Virus record (IMG/VR): IMGVR_UViG_3300010359_000007
Span: 1 to 34,466 of that record
Origin: a virus
Taxonomy: Duplodnaviria; Caudoviricetes
Strand: one strand, 5' to 3'
DNA length: 34,466 nt
The notes under the pieces are model-generated. The model saw only the letters and a program-made list of their open reading frames with translations, was not told the origin of the DNA and did no database searches. Below, one piece after another: positions 25,001 to 33,849 of this stretch; position 1 is the first letter of the stretch, and every line of letters starts with the position of its first letter. Position numbers and translations under genes: made by a program.

Positions 25001-25959
25001 GTTTGATCCCCATCATCCAAGGCCTGCTTGATCGAATCCTGCTGGGCCTTAGCAAGGTCTTCCCTTGTGGAATCGTAGAGAGGGCTGACCCCAAGGGGCG
25101 GCTCCCGCCCGGCCTTGATCCAGGGCTCCAGCCGGTCCATCTCGCGCTTGAGGATCTCGGGATCGAATCCAGTACCCCCAGGGGCCGCAGCAGTGGTTGC
25201 TGATGGGGGCATCTCTCCCCCTGCTGCGGGTCCCCCAGGAGCCTGTGGAGGAGGTTCCTCGAAGTTGGCCTCTTGGAGCCTCCGAACTGAGCCAAGCTCT
25301 GCCACTACAGCATTCTGTGGGGCCTTGATAGAGGGCTTGCCGAGGTTAATATCGCCGCGCTGGAGAAGGTACTCAGCAAGGCCAGCTGCTTCGTTGAGCA
25401 TCTGGCTAGGAGCACCAAGCGCTTCAGCACCCCGCCTTGCGGCCTCTATTCCTCCGCTAAACAGCCGAGAGGCCACATCCAGCGGCAAGCCAGCCTCGTG
25501 CTTCAGCCAGCTGAGTTGATTGTAGAGCCTTGGATAGTTTTGAGCAAACTCCTTATCTGCCTCAGGAATCACATTCCTGTCGGCTTCAAAACCCTCCCAG
25601 GCCTGCTTGAACCCTGACCAAGCCGCACCAGCCGCATTAGTAGCCATGCCGCGGTAACTGCGCGAGACGTTATCAAGGGATCCAACATCGTCTGAGACAA
25701 GTGGACCATGAAGGGGATGAGCGTTGACAAAGTCTTGGATGTACGCATTGTTCTTTATAACCTCCTGCCCAAGCGACCCTTTGGTCTGGGCCTCAAAGCC
25801 CTTGATGTCAGGCGCAATGTTCTGTGCAGGGACTCCCGTCCCGCGCGAGAGTTCGAAGGCCCTTGCAGCATCATCCGGCGAGGTCTCGCCCATCAAGCTG
25901 CGGGAGGCAGCCCTATTGCGCGCCATCACCTCTTGAATCGCGTCGTCAAACTCGTCCAT
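19087..25959 (-). CDS. large internal virion/ejection protein (gp16-like position) with polyvalent-protein domains
   Basis: 2290 aa, last of the ejection genes; EIQSDWH-type domain and HELAH zincin motif. Confidence 0.8.
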   Translation of the reverse strand: MDEFDDAIQEVMARNRAASRSLMGETSPDDAARAFELSRGTGVPAQNIAPDIKGFEAQTKGSLGQEVIKNNAYIQDFVNAHPLHGPLVSDDVGSLDNVSRSYRGMATNAAGAAWSGFKQAWEGFEADRNVIPEADKEFAQNYPRLYNQLSWLKHEAGLPLDVASRLFSGGIEAARRGAEALGAPSQMLNEAAGLAEYLLQRGDINLGKPSIKAPQNAVVAELGSVRRLQEANFEEPPPQAPGGPAAGGEMPPSATTAAAPGGTGFDPEILKREMDRLEPWIKAGREPPLGVSPLYDSTREDLAKAQQDSIKQALDDGDQTALKARDPAKFNEFLTRHPDVTLDVEKQAILQNPKPWEWIGDLEGKLAGPGQKISVSGADFLTHFDKANWNDVKDFVTTGDHTLNEIKAAQEGLTADSLQPIRDQVAKAFEATGLAPEQAKVVGALEASRYGTRAKALGVDPTELFTSEGPKIQKAMGEISQGRSFYQRRIRGFYSAVGKAVEASKQPKASPEQWLATLRNTAGIKPEELTGLGLEPWLRSQGKAVTKEALGQFIEAHQMHLVETEKSGPEAQPFRDKLAENQRQIKELRAARLAYEQELESRAFNEGLSNREIGRLVNRDERIIAAAKLDDELVGEQKGLSEEIAKRQPAWTARKVPGASDYRELIAQFPEEITGGKGIYTNSHWGNQITNPVGHIRFGAYKTAEGKRVMMIQEIQSDWHEDAIKKGGYRGPEDEAKAAEAVEANRKKLEEGADVVKDAVNATSLSKEDKIQLIMDSLSGRPSHVYDKLSAEETKKVLPVATEYQELVRSGEKADDALRATKARPPQAPFKTSWPELLVKRAVSYAVEHGFDKIGWPSKATTVQQIQMFKDMALENNRWMQEGQDVTPIIERYTKDIPRILRKQQAIKDSGGMLQQEPIVAELKNVVPKLGEDGRWGLQYSDPVTQTRKDFPRRFDSFDEALDWLDNPVVDHIGTLDLTPEIKKAVSERGFPLMQLGEDEPLGRTTFGMGRPLVEMFQSGDLETALHELAHTWLEEFLQDSTGPLATERMKADLGTLLKELGVESPDQIAREHHEAFAEKATEYFREGKGPPGLESIFQRLAQWLVDIARKVVQAQAPLSEEMRGFFDRLLADDGALEGIRDAGGLDPIRPDTPEGKVFYQTGPLASGKAIGETKKNYQKLLDLIEKQDREDVAWRLQRALKQATLENSQEWKARSKALEPDIRSEVEGMPEIRAWNYFEKGEIYGQKLPRRPKIDRLALTPEQFQALPESWIRDGGKHPDQVAAMFGYSTGQELMDALSAVARETLGSPGKDIVDRLTKARLDQRLHAELDGDAADRLAEVQDHALSLTTMEMLHEQTMALAQNLGAPLPLNKAAMDWGSFNELKKMKFGGLSAMKLLAQSRTSLLNAKNRLLENNPLEALKELQLQYQRAQMSKLMGQIEKEGKAFERTAKQFRDREVKGYDSEYTDWIHDTLLRVGRPIRRSIQDLQDETKANESGTSLFDFVNEKRRMGAALSIPDFMFDPNWASYASPKAIANMTVDEARQVFNAVKSLKKAGRDEATVEIQGQKLDLAQARQDVNSQLKLLGPGKEPSNVIWAAGRKFLSATLQTEFLVNRMDFGNVFGKVTQWIIRDMVEGANSKSALDKKMAKELPEVPSSINLSAKVPNTIFKRWQEALQTDGKLDWTKATTALEMTHKNLLAVMHNLGNPDNLQRLAQGYGLESQVVMDWVNSVATKAHWDYVQRFGNVFKQLKDQSDRMYRRLSGNAPESVPVFPIDTPHGQYAGWYHPIIHDYTFPGRHPGPASDLFAKEYQMVGTPDGYTKSRTEYRGPLDLNLDGITNRLVQEIHDVSFREPVIKAWKLIGDPGFQRHVTAHLGRAYSDMLVRWVKDVANAANMDTERQAIANTTSEYFRQNVIGTLVGLNPRTIQKHTITAAINSMAEVGPANWLREFAAIHNPMEWKRNWDMAMDKSEELQRRHQNFQEQVLGTHQTNVGTGFTSTFNQARAWALRTGTAPVAFFDLYSAVPTWLARYNELIDKGFSEGDAVYGANTAVRKAHGSSAITSRPGVMRSSPWMASLYGFFNHVANQQYQLAWRASDWARGVKPPPAPDIAGHSFTFGLFAYVIAPAIVEELVTPYTNSEHESWGKRAAKGLALGLSSSWVGIRDLARALIDGKDPELGIGPAGVKELTDLVRDLNKGDVGLGREHAGKTIKHAIVAFGGATGLTNAAEGNLAEYLYNLHTGKEKGPKDFAELYRGVTKGTTMPPTPPDILERLAPGKRYTPPRNAR

Positions 25960-28151
25960 TATCTGCTCATTGGGACCTTGGGAGCCTCTTCCTCAGCGCC
26001 AGGTGGAGGCTTCTTCGCCATGCCCTTGCCAAAGAGATCTTTGAATAGGTTGGCGTTGTAGACTTGGCGGATCTGCTCTTCAGTAGGAGGAACGCCCTTG
26101 TTAACCGCTGACCATTGCTTGATGATCTTCTCCCTCGACTTCTCCAGATCAGTGACCGATTGGCCACCGTGCATAAGCCACCAGGGAAGGTTGCCCAAGT
26201 TGCGGAGGTCGAAGTTGCCGTACTGCCACTTGCTAGAGTCGTAGGGCGGTGGGACGGCAGCTTGTTCCTTCAGAATATACTGCCCCATCTTCTTGATCGT
26301 GTCCCGATCAGGGTACTTGGCGTAGTTCTTCTCATACTCCGCGATGGCATTAGAGATAGCACCAGTGACCATTGGCCTCAGCTGCTTGTCCTGCCATTGG
26401 TCTTCGGTCATAATGCCTTCCTGGCGGAGGATAGACATAGCGCCAGAGGCCTTGACATCGCGCTCGCCGCCCTTCCTAACGGTGTCTTGGAGCTTAACCA
26501 GCTGGGCCCAATGAGCAGTGGAGAGGTTGCGGTTGTTTTGGATGTCTTCCTTAAGGAAGTCCTGCCGGTCTTGATCGTCGCCTGAGTGGGCCATTCCCCA
26601 CAAGCGCTGGAACTCCGCAGGATCCCCTGGCGGTGGAGCGGCAAGCCTACGATCGATGGCCCTTTGGGTGATAGGGGAAAGGGAGAAGTAGGCCTGACGA
26701 GCCTCAGGGATGGCAACAAGGTCCTCGGTGGTCCGGGGAGGATCTGGCCGGTTGAGGATGTCCTGGATAGTGGAGACGTTTTGGTTGTCCTCGTCTCGCT
26801 GGAGCGCGCGCTCTTTGTTGATCCGGGCCTGGGTGGCTAGCTGAACGCGTTCCTTGAAGGCATCATCGTTTGGCGCTACTCGATCGGCCTCAGCGCCAGC
26901 TGAAGCTAGGATCTCACGCTCAGGAAGCATATCTGCGCGGACTTTGATTGGCCCCTTGTTGTCCCTGTCAAGCTGGATATGGACGGTATCGAACTTGGAC
27001 CTTGGGCCGGTCAAGATTCCAAGGCCGTACTGACCCACATGAGCGCGGACCCAATCAAGCACAGGCCCTGGGGCCAAGTCTACTGCCTGACCAAACTCGT
27101 GTCGGGACGTGCCCGGAGGAGCAGCTAGAGGGCCACCACGAAGGTGGCGCTCGTATAGTACCTCTTGTTCCTCGGAAGTTCTAGTACCTGACCTAACAAC
27201 AGCCTTCTCTCCAGTGGCCTGCTCAGCAGCTTGAATGGCCGCGACGATCCGCTGGCCGAACACGGGATCAAGGCCTTGGGTTCTGGGGGCTCCCCTGGCA
27301 GCGAGGAAGCCCTCAGGATCCTTGTAAGTATCCAAGGCCCTTCGAGCTATGGTCTGTGATCCTGTAGTGTTGAGGTGGCCGTCGACGAAGCTCCAGACCT
27401 TGTCTATGTCCTGGGAGTGCAGCTCGCGCTTGTCCAGCGAATCCAGCAACATCTGCTTGGCTTCGATTGGATGGTTGCGGGCCACATCTTCGATCAAATG
27501 GGCCTTGGCAGCCGATTTCCATTTCCAAACGAACGAGGCCCTGGCATCCGCATCCATGCCCATATCATCAGCCATCTTATTGGCTGTGGCTTCGACGGTG
27601 TCGAATTGGCCTTTCTGATCGTTTGGATTCATCCCATAGCGGAGGGTGGAGATAGCGGAGTCGATCCTGGCTTGATCAGCAAGCCTTGAAGCGTCCCAGT
27701 TCTGCGTGGCCGCGTGGGAAGCGCCAGAGAGAATGAGCCGCCGCTGAATGGCAAGGCCTTCCGCATCGTACATCCGCTGAGCAGCGGGGTTGGTGAGGGA
27801 GTCCCGCCACTTCTGCCTAATGGCCTGAACATCGTTTTGGTACTGCTCGTAGCCCTCAACGGCGTTCTTGCCTCTCAGGGAATTGTAATCAACCTCCCGC
27901 TTCCCTGCTTCTAGCTCCATCGATGAGATGGCGTTGGTCTTATCCTGCTCGTTCCTCAGCTGCTGCATTGCCAAGGCGCGATTGAACAATTCTCCAGAGG
28001 CCCTCTCAAGGCCGGCCCCAAGGCCTTCCACAGCCCGGCCGATATTGGCCCCAAAGGCGTTGGGATCCACACGAACGTTCAGCTGGGGAGCGTAGGTTGT
28101 ACGATCCTCGGGAGTGACGTCAGGAAAGGGTTGGTAAGGTACCTGTGCCAT
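25959..28151 (-). CDS. internal virion protein (gp15-like) with M15-type peptidoglycan peptidase domain
   Basis: helical protein with RSGTRT..EQ..LY, SRHEFGQAVD and DTVHIQL motifs. Confidence 0.8.
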   Translation of the reverse strand: MAQVPYQPFPDVTPEDRTTYAPQLNVRVDPNAFGANIGRAVEGLGAGLERASGELFNRALAMQQLRNEQDKTNAISSMELEAGKREVDYNSLRGKNAVEGYEQYQNDVQAIRQKWRDSLTNPAAQRMYDAEGLAIQRRLILSGASHAATQNWDASRLADQARIDSAISTLRYGMNPNDQKGQFDTVEATANKMADDMGMDADARASFVWKWKSAAKAHLIEDVARNHPIEAKQMLLDSLDKRELHSQDIDKVWSFVDGHLNTTGSQTIARRALDTYKDPEGFLAARGAPRTQGLDPVFGQRIVAAIQAAEQATGEKAVVRSGTRTSEEQEVLYERHLRGGPLAAPPGTSRHEFGQAVDLAPGPVLDWVRAHVGQYGLGILTGPRSKFDTVHIQLDRDNKGPIKVRADMLPEREILASAGAEADRVAPNDDAFKERVQLATQARINKERALQRDEDNQNVSTIQDILNRPDPPRTTEDLVAIPEARQAYFSLSPITQRAIDRRLAAPPPGDPAEFQRLWGMAHSGDDQDRQDFLKEDIQNNRNLSTAHWAQLVKLQDTVRKGGERDVKASGAMSILRQEGIMTEDQWQDKQLRPMVTGAISNAIAEYEKNYAKYPDRDTIKKMGQYILKEQAAVPPPYDSSKWQYGNFDLRNLGNLPWWLMHGGQSVTDLEKSREKIIKQWSAVNKGVPPTEEQIRQVYNANLFKDLFGKGMAKKPPPGAEEEAPKVPMSR

Positions 28152-28708
28152 TATCCACCAAAGAGACCACCAAGAATGTTGCCGCCGAACATAGTATCGT
28201 TATTGCTTAGCCCTGCCGCTTTGCCGGCATTCCACTTGTCGATGAAGGAGCTACCACCACCGAGGATCGAAGTGAAGGCTCCAATGGTTCCAGCGGTCTT
28301 AGCTGTCGAGGCTGCCATTCGATCGAGGTTGGCCTGGGCAATGTCCTGGACGGCCTCGACCTCATCCCCATAGGCCCTTCGGTTGGCGTTGAAGATTATG
28401 TTCCCTTGATCAATCTTCCCTATCTGGTCCATGCTCTCGCGGACCTCGACGTTGGTGCCTGATTGAACGTCAAGGCCTCCTGCACCTTGGGCAGCACGGG
28501 CTTGGCCTATTTGGGCCTTGATCTTCATCCCTTCCTGAACCTGCTGCGTCTGGCCCAAGGCCCTCTCGAAGCCAGCATTCTGGTTTGCTATCCCGGCATT
28601 CATCTGCGCGATCTGGGCCTGATAATTGTAGGCCGCTGCCTGCGCATTGCCGGAGAAGATCGATCCAATGGCGCTTACTGCGCCGCCAATAAGGCCAACT
28701 ACTGCCAC
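28151..28708 (-). CDS. internal virion protein (gp14-like)
   Basis: G/A/Q-rich, hydrophobic N-terminus, synteny with T7-like module. Confidence 0.75.
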   Translation of the reverse strand: MAVVGLIGGAVSAIGSIFSGNAQAAAYNYQAQIAQMNAGIANQNAGFERALGQTQQVQEGMKIKAQIGQARAAQGAGGLDVQSGTNVEVRESMDQIGKIDQGNIIFNANRRAYGDEVEAVQDIAQANLDRMAASTAKTAGTIGAFTSILGGGSSFIDKWNAGKAAGLSNNDTMFGGNILGGLFGG

Positions 28709-28712
28709 GACA

Positions 28713-29126
28713 TCACCCTATCCGGAAACGGAAACACTCAAGAGGGCGCGAACTAAAGTCAAACTCCGCGCCAAGCCACCTAAGCCAAGCCTGTGAATGT
28801 TCGCTATCACACTTGCACAAGCCAACGATGATAGGATAATCACGACGAATCTCATCCAACACCTTCCTACTCCAGCGGATGAAGCGCAAAGGATGCTGCT
28901 CGCAAATCCGCGTGTGGATTAACCAGATGTAAGCCCGAGAAGAAAAAACCGAACCATAAGGAATAACTCCAGCAGCAGCGGCAGGAGCACCGTCAGCGCG
29001 ACCAAGCCACATAGCTGTCGAGTCCTTAAGGCACGGCGCATGAATCGCCAGTTCCTCCGGACTCGCGTCATAACCGAGGAGGTCACGGAGGTCAAAGGAG
29101 TCTACTCGCTCGATGGTAACGATCAC
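28713..29126 (-). CDS. gp13-like protein with GNAT-like fold
   Basis: follows tail tubular B; C-terminal AWLRWLGAEF motif. Confidence 0.7.
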   Translation of the reverse strand: MIVTIERVDSFDLRDLLGYDASPEELAIHAPCLKDSTAMWLGRADGAPAAAAGVIPYGSVFSSRAYIWLIHTRICEQHPLRFIRWSRKVLDEIRRDYPIIVGLCKCDSEHSQAWLRWLGAEFDFSSRPLECFRFRIG

Positions 29127-31777
29127 TTGGTATCTCCGATTACGATTTCAGGCACCACCCCAAGGACAGTCGAAGGAATAGGGTCAGTGACCTGGAAGTA
29201 GTACTGGCCCAGGGTATCGTAGAGAGGGTCGATCACAATGCGCTCGTCGCCAGAGATCAGGGGGATCGGGGAGCCCAGAGGGACACTGGCAGCCATCTCT
29301 TTGATGGGGATGATGGTGGAGAGGGAGCGACCAACAGCAAGGCCACGCGAACTGGAGACTTTGAAGGTCACAGCAGCGATCTTCTTGCGCTTCCCCTGAA
29401 CGGTTGGCTCACCAACATCAAGGGGCATCGTCTGGCCTTGACAGGTAAAGGCCAAGCCAGCGGTGACCTTGGTAGCAGCCACAGGCAGGGTAATCGACCC
29501 GTCAAAGGCCACCACCTGCGGAGGAAGGACACCGCCGTCGGCATTGATCACCACCGTTTGACCAATCAAGTAGTCAAGGCCAAAGAATTTAGTCGCTGGG
29601 GGCGTGATGCTCCAAGTGCCCGCGGCAAAGGGCAAGGGCTGGCCGTTAGGAAACGTCTGGCTTATGGCTTGCGTGACGCTTCCAGTGATGAGAGTCGATG
29701 ATGTGAATCCTGTAATTGATATAATCCCTCCTCCAGCGCGCAGCACTTGGCCAACACTTGAAGGACTAAAGACGGGGGCGTTTGCCAGAATACTGACGAT
29801 TCCGCTGGCTCCAGATATCGTGATAGTAGCTGACGGAGTTGGGAGAGAGCTTCGAGTTCCTGCGTCAACGGCCCAAGCGTCCTCACAGCCATAGGTTAGA
29901 GTCCTTTCCATCAACCGCTCGATCCACGAGACGGTGGTACCATTGGGGAGTTGGCGTTGAACTACCACGTAGGGAGCGTCGACCTGGCCTTCCTGAATGG
30001 CGATTACTGAGGTGAAAAGGCCTTGAGTATCGTGGTGTGCCCAGCCATAGATCTGTTGTTCTTTCATGAACGTCAGCGAGAGCATTATTCCGTCGTCTCG
30101 AATGCACCACACCAATTTAAAAGGCTCTTCAGCATAGGCCCACTGAAGAATATTATGTCCGAAGAACAGGTGATTGGACCTGACGGAGATGTCGGTTCCG
30201 GTGTAGATGGCCGCGTAGATGTTGTAGGAAAGGTCCCGTACGATTGAGCCCTTCGCCTGGATGTATATGAGATCTTCGTTAATAACAAGCGGCGAGACAT
30301 CTGACGATCCGTTGTAGGCTTGAGACATTATGGTTGCATTGAGAGGAGTAACTGCAAGAGTAGCGTTTGCGCCCTGTCCAGTTGTAAGAGTAAAGGCTGC
30401 GCGTCCTGTAAGGAAAATGAGCCCTCCTGGCATTGGTACCATATGCTTGATTTGATTGAGTTGATTTGACACAATTGTTCCTGTAATTGTGTCTGAGGCC
30501 TGGACGGGGTTGGAGATGTTGAAGTTCTGGAAGGTTCCTGGTTGAGAGGCCCAGAAGGTTGCTGGGAAGGAACTAGATCCGGCATAGTAGACCCGTTGTT
30601 GGAAGAACGACACAGCGCCAGGATTATTGCCAGCCGCGAAAGGGTTGTTCTGGAAGATCGGAGGAGCGGTGGCGAAGTCAGGCTGGATCCCGGTATCGAT
30701 GAAGCTTTGGGTGCCGGTACCGGCGGGGGCAGTACCGAGAAAGCCCAGCATGGCGTTGGAGGGGATCGACAGCGGAGTTGGATTGCCGACGGTAAACTGG
30801 GTACGGTAGATGTTGTAGCTTGAGGCAGCGGCAACGCCAGTCCATTGGAACTGGATGGTGACGGAGGTGGCAGTGATGGCCCCAGTGCCAGCGGCGTTGG
30901 TGGTGTTGACCTGCGGAGAGAGGGCTGGGAGGGACTCTTGGCCTTGGCCATCAACGGCCGTGACAGCATAGACGTAGCCGGCGATCACGGCCGGGGTAGC
31001 GGTGCCGGGCTGGGGGATGTTGATAGAGGCGATCAAGGGATTGGTGGGGGTAGCAATGGTGGTGGCGAAGACCAAGGTAGTGAAGAACCAATTCGTTGGG
31101 GCCGCAAAGCTGAGGGTCGTGGGCGGGTAATTGGGGTGGGCGATGTAGAGAACACTGACGCTTTGGGCGAACTTGATCCCTGGGGCACCAGTGAGGGGGT
31201 TAGGGAAGAGATCGGCTGCCGCGTAGGGAGAGGTGATGGTGTAGATACGAGAGGCTGTGCCACCGCCAGTGTAGGCTCCGTAGAGGGTTGCATCGATAGC
31301 GTTGCCATTGACGTCGGAGACAGAGACTGTAGTTGCTGTGGCGGCGATTACTACCAGGATCCGATTGTCAATCGCCAGCATCCCCGACACGCCGGTGACG
31401 AAGATCCAATCGCCGATGACAAAGTTGTGGCCTGGGACGGTGATGACTGCCGGGAAACCATTAGTGATGTTGGAAATACCGAAGGGGGCTTCGAGGACCG
31501 GCGCCCCGTTGTTGATGAATCTACAGTAATGGTCGCCGAACTCTATTGCATAGGTTACGGTGGTGGACACGGAAAATGGGACAAGACGGGATCCGGGGGA
31601 CTTGCAAGGCAATACAAACTTTGTACCTTGTCTAGTAGATACCCCAGAACGATAATCGACAAAAAAGTTCCTGCATAAAGCAAGGCCGTTGTGGTAGGCA
31701 GCCAGATCCGTACGGGCGAAAATAGACGGCGCGAGTTCACCCGACGCAAACGAGGTTTGGATGACATTCTCACTCAC
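29123..31777 (-). CDS. tail tubular protein B (gp12-like nozzle)
   Basis: QTSFASGELAP N-terminus, R.GT.FV, EFGDHYCRF, FFQQR, WAHH; 884 aa. Confidence 0.9.
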   Translation of the reverse strand: MSENVIQTSFASGELAPSIFARTDLAAYHNGLALCRNFFVDYRSGVSTRQGTKFVLPCKSPGSRLVPFSVSTTVTYAIEFGDHYCRFINNGAPVLEAPFGISNITNGFPAVITVPGHNFVIGDWIFVTGVSGMLAIDNRILVVIAATATTVSVSDVNGNAIDATLYGAYTGGGTASRIYTITSPYAAADLFPNPLTGAPGIKFAQSVSVLYIAHPNYPPTTLSFAAPTNWFFTTLVFATTIATPTNPLIASINIPQPGTATPAVIAGYVYAVTAVDGQGQESLPALSPQVNTTNAAGTGAITATSVTIQFQWTGVAAASSYNIYRTQFTVGNPTPLSIPSNAMLGFLGTAPAGTGTQSFIDTGIQPDFATAPPIFQNNPFAAGNNPGAVSFFQQRVYYAGSSSFPATFWASQPGTFQNFNISNPVQASDTITGTIVSNQLNQIKHMVPMPGGLIFLTGRAAFTLTTGQGANATLAVTPLNATIMSQAYNGSSDVSPLVINEDLIYIQAKGSIVRDLSYNIYAAIYTGTDISVRSNHLFFGHNILQWAYAEEPFKLVWCIRDDGIMLSLTFMKEQQIYGWAHHDTQGLFTSVIAIQEGQVDAPYVVVQRQLPNGTTVSWIERLMERTLTYGCEDAWAVDAGTRSSLPTPSATITISGASGIVSILANAPVFSPSSVGQVLRAGGGIISITGFTSSTLITGSVTQAISQTFPNGQPLPFAAGTWSITPPATKFFGLDYLIGQTVVINADGGVLPPQVVAFDGSITLPVAATKVTAGLAFTCQGQTMPLDVGEPTVQGKRKKIAAVTFKVSSSRGLAVGRSLSTIIPIKEMAASVPLGSPIPLISGDERIVIDPLYDTLGQYYFQVTDPIPSTVLGVVPEIVIGDTK

Positions 31778-31998
31778 AGGGTTGGGCGCTTTGTCTTGGG
31801 GTTGTCGTAGTGGTTACAGCAGCCGTTAGCAAGGTCGACAGTTTTGTTGGCGACCTCGGGATCTTCGTTGGTGCAGATCTGGCCCTTGATGTACTCGCAG
31901 GTTCCACAGCGGAAGGCGATGCCAGGGGCATTGACCGCGTAGTCGGCGGGGACCTGGGAGGGGGGCGAGCCCCCTGTGTTATCGTACCAGTTTGTCAT
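31774..31998 (-). CDS. HiPIP-like small Cys-rich (Fe-S) protein
   Basis: ATGA/GTGA coupling to both tail genes; Y...CGTCEY..C...V...GCCNHY pattern. Confidence 0.6.
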   Translation of the reverse strand: MTNWYDNTGGSPPSQVPADYAVNAPGIAFRCGTCEYIKGQICTNEDPEVANKTVDLANGCCNHYDNPKTKRPTL

Positions 31999-32810
31999 CC
32001 ATACGTAGGCAAGAATGCCCCCCAATCTACTTGGCCCCAATAAGGGCTCCATGCAAAGTCACTGACCGTGTCAGCGCCCCTGGCCCTGATCCAGTCCGGC
32101 GTGATGTCGTTGATAGTCAAGCCCTCATTCCCGTCCCCTACCCTTGCGACCTGGATGGTGCGATTGGCGTCCTCGATCCTCAGATTCGCAAGGGCCTTGT
32201 CTCCAGTGAGGTCAATCGTCATCTTCGCCGCAAGGAACATGGCCCATGCTTCTTGAAGCTGATCGTCCATCACCGAGGGGTCGGAGAGGTCTTTCGTGTA
32301 GGCAAGGACAGCGAATTCTTGATTCGTCCATATGACCTTGACATCAGGACCGCCGACCGCTGGAACGCCATTAACAATCTGATCAATACCCACAGCAAAC
32401 TTAACTGGTGGCCCTTGCCAGAAACTCGGAGCACCACCGGTAACAGCAGTAGTGATAGGGATCCCAGAACTAAAACCAGTATTGAACTGAGGAACAATAA
32501 ACACAGGGCGGATGCAGTCCGTAGGATAGGCATACTCGTAATTCCACGGCGGCGGAGGAAGGCCCTTTTGCCAAAAGGCCACCCCAGCGGTGGGATTTTC
32601 TGGCGTTCCAGGGGCCGCTGCAATCAGCGTCAGGGTGTTGTAGTTCCGTGAAGAGTTCCAAGGGGCCATGCGAAGAATCTGCCGCCGAGTGGTGTCGATC
32701 CACTTGTTAGCGGAGATGCTTTCATTTGACCCCTCAGAAAGCGAGGCTACCTGTGATCGAGTGCCGATAGCACTCAACGCCCTGTTGGTGATATCAACTA
32801 GTGATGCCAT
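31995..32810 (-). CDS. tail tubular protein A (gp11-like adaptor)
   Basis: MAS.VDI.NRALSAIG, PWN, YAYPTDC motifs; upstream of tail B. Confidence 0.85.
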   Translation of the reverse strand: MASLVDITNRALSAIGTRSQVASLSEGSNESISANKWIDTTRRQILRMAPWNSSRNYNTLTLIAAAPGTPENPTAGVAFWQKGLPPPPWNYEYAYPTDCIRPVFIVPQFNTGFSSGIPITTAVTGGAPSFWQGPPVKFAVGIDQIVNGVPAVGGPDVKVIWTNQEFAVLAYTKDLSDPSVMDDQLQEAWAMFLAAKMTIDLTGDKALANLRIEDANRTIQVARVGDGNEGLTINDITPDWIRARGADTVSDFAWSPYWGQVDWGAFLPTYG

Positions 32811-32991
32811 GGCACTGCTCGTCGAACTTTTGTCTTGCCATTAACTCAACGCCGATCTGACGAGACCCATACCAAGTGAATTGGCCCACCAAATTGGGAT
32901 CATCAGTTGGCGCCCACGCTAGCCGGATGAAGTCATTCTCAGCATATAGAATGCCGTCATCCACCCATCGACGAGTCGGTCCGAGATTCAT
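32794..32991 (-). CDS. hypothetical protein
   Basis: GGGAG RBS, abuts upstream stop. Confidence 0.55.
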   Translation of the reverse strand: MNLGPTRRWVDDGILYAENDFIRLAWAPTDDPNLVGQFTWYGSRQIGVELMARQKFDEQCHGITS

Positions 32992-33270
32992 TTAGTGTCT
33001 CCCCTGGCCTCCAGCTGGCCGCGGAGAGTCGCCGCCGATCCCTGGAGCGCCAGAGCTTTGGCAAGACCCATAGTCGCCGCCCTGGGCTCCGTCCCGCCGA
33101 GGGGAGTCACCGTGAAGGCCTACTCCTTTGGGATCGTAGGGCGTCTTGACCCTCGTCGGCGGCTGGTAGTCGTTGACATCCCGCTCACCTGGGCGAGAGA
33201 GTCCAGTGAGGCGCTGAGAGCCCATAGTGCGTTCAGGTCCGTACTCGGAGAGGATTCCTCTTCGTGCCAT
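32992..33270 (-). CDS. Gly/Pro/Arg-rich low-complexity protein
   Basis: GGAGG RBS, TAATG coupling; internal GDSPR repeated twice. Confidence 0.65.
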   Translation of the reverse strand: MARRGILSEYGPERTMGSQRLTGLSRPGERDVNDYQPPTRVKTPYDPKGVGLHGDSPRRDGAQGGDYGSCQSSGAPGIGGDSPRPAGGQGRH

Positions 33271-33431
33271 TATTCTTCCTCCTGAGCAGCGGGCTCTTCC
33301 GGGGGAGCCTGCATGGCTTGAAGCTCAGCCGTTGCAGCATCCCGAAGGGCAGTGAAGCTGGTGCCGTGGCGAGCACAGGCTTCGATCACATTGAGGAGGG
33401 TAAGGACATGTTCCCAATCACCGGGTTTCAT
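33270..33431 (-). CDS. hypothetical 53-aa protein (MKPGDWEHV...)
   Basis: GGGAG RBS, coupled at both ends, translated by hand. Confidence 0.6.
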   Translation of the reverse strand: MKPGDWEHVLTLLNVIEACARHGTSFTALRDAATAELQAMQAPPEEPAAQEEE

Positions 33432-33610
33432 TCGAATCTCCCTTGCACGCCTTTGTTAAAGACGCTCTGACGGCACTTCAGGGGATCAGTCTCAGCATAG
33501 CCGTCGTCTGCTAAGTACTGATTCACTTCCCGCGATCCGTCGCGGGTGTTGGATTCTCCCAGGCGTTTAGCGACCCAGCCCGGGTAAGGGGGGTTGCCTT
33601 GGATGATCAT
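33428..33610 (-). CDS. hypothetical protein
   Basis: GGGAG RBS, TGATG coupling. Confidence 0.6.
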   Translation of the reverse strand: MIIQGNPPYPGWVAKRLGESNTRDGSREVNQYLADDGYAETDPLKCRQSVFNKGVQGRFE

Positions 33611-33849
33611 CAGTGGCTCCCTTGGGATCCTGATCGCTTGACATCACGATTGCCACCAGGGCCTTGTTCCATCCCATCGGTAGGGCCTATATGGGCAGCA
33701 TAGCCCTTGCCCATAGAGATCTTCTCAGCTGCCCTTGGGTCAATAGCAGAGCCAAGCTGGGAAGGGAAGTTGGGGTTGATAGCGTAGGGCCGAGGCTCTC
33801 GATGCCAGCCCTCCTTGACGTTGCGATCTGCGTAGCCTTGCTTTTTCAT
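33610..33849 (-). CDS. Gly-rich low-complexity protein
   Basis: AAGGA RBS, ATGA coupling. Confidence 0.65.
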   Translation of the reverse strand: MKKQGYADRNVKEGWHREPRPYAINPNFPSQLGSAIDPRAAEKISMGKGYAAHIGPTDGMEQGPGGNRDVKRSGSQGSH

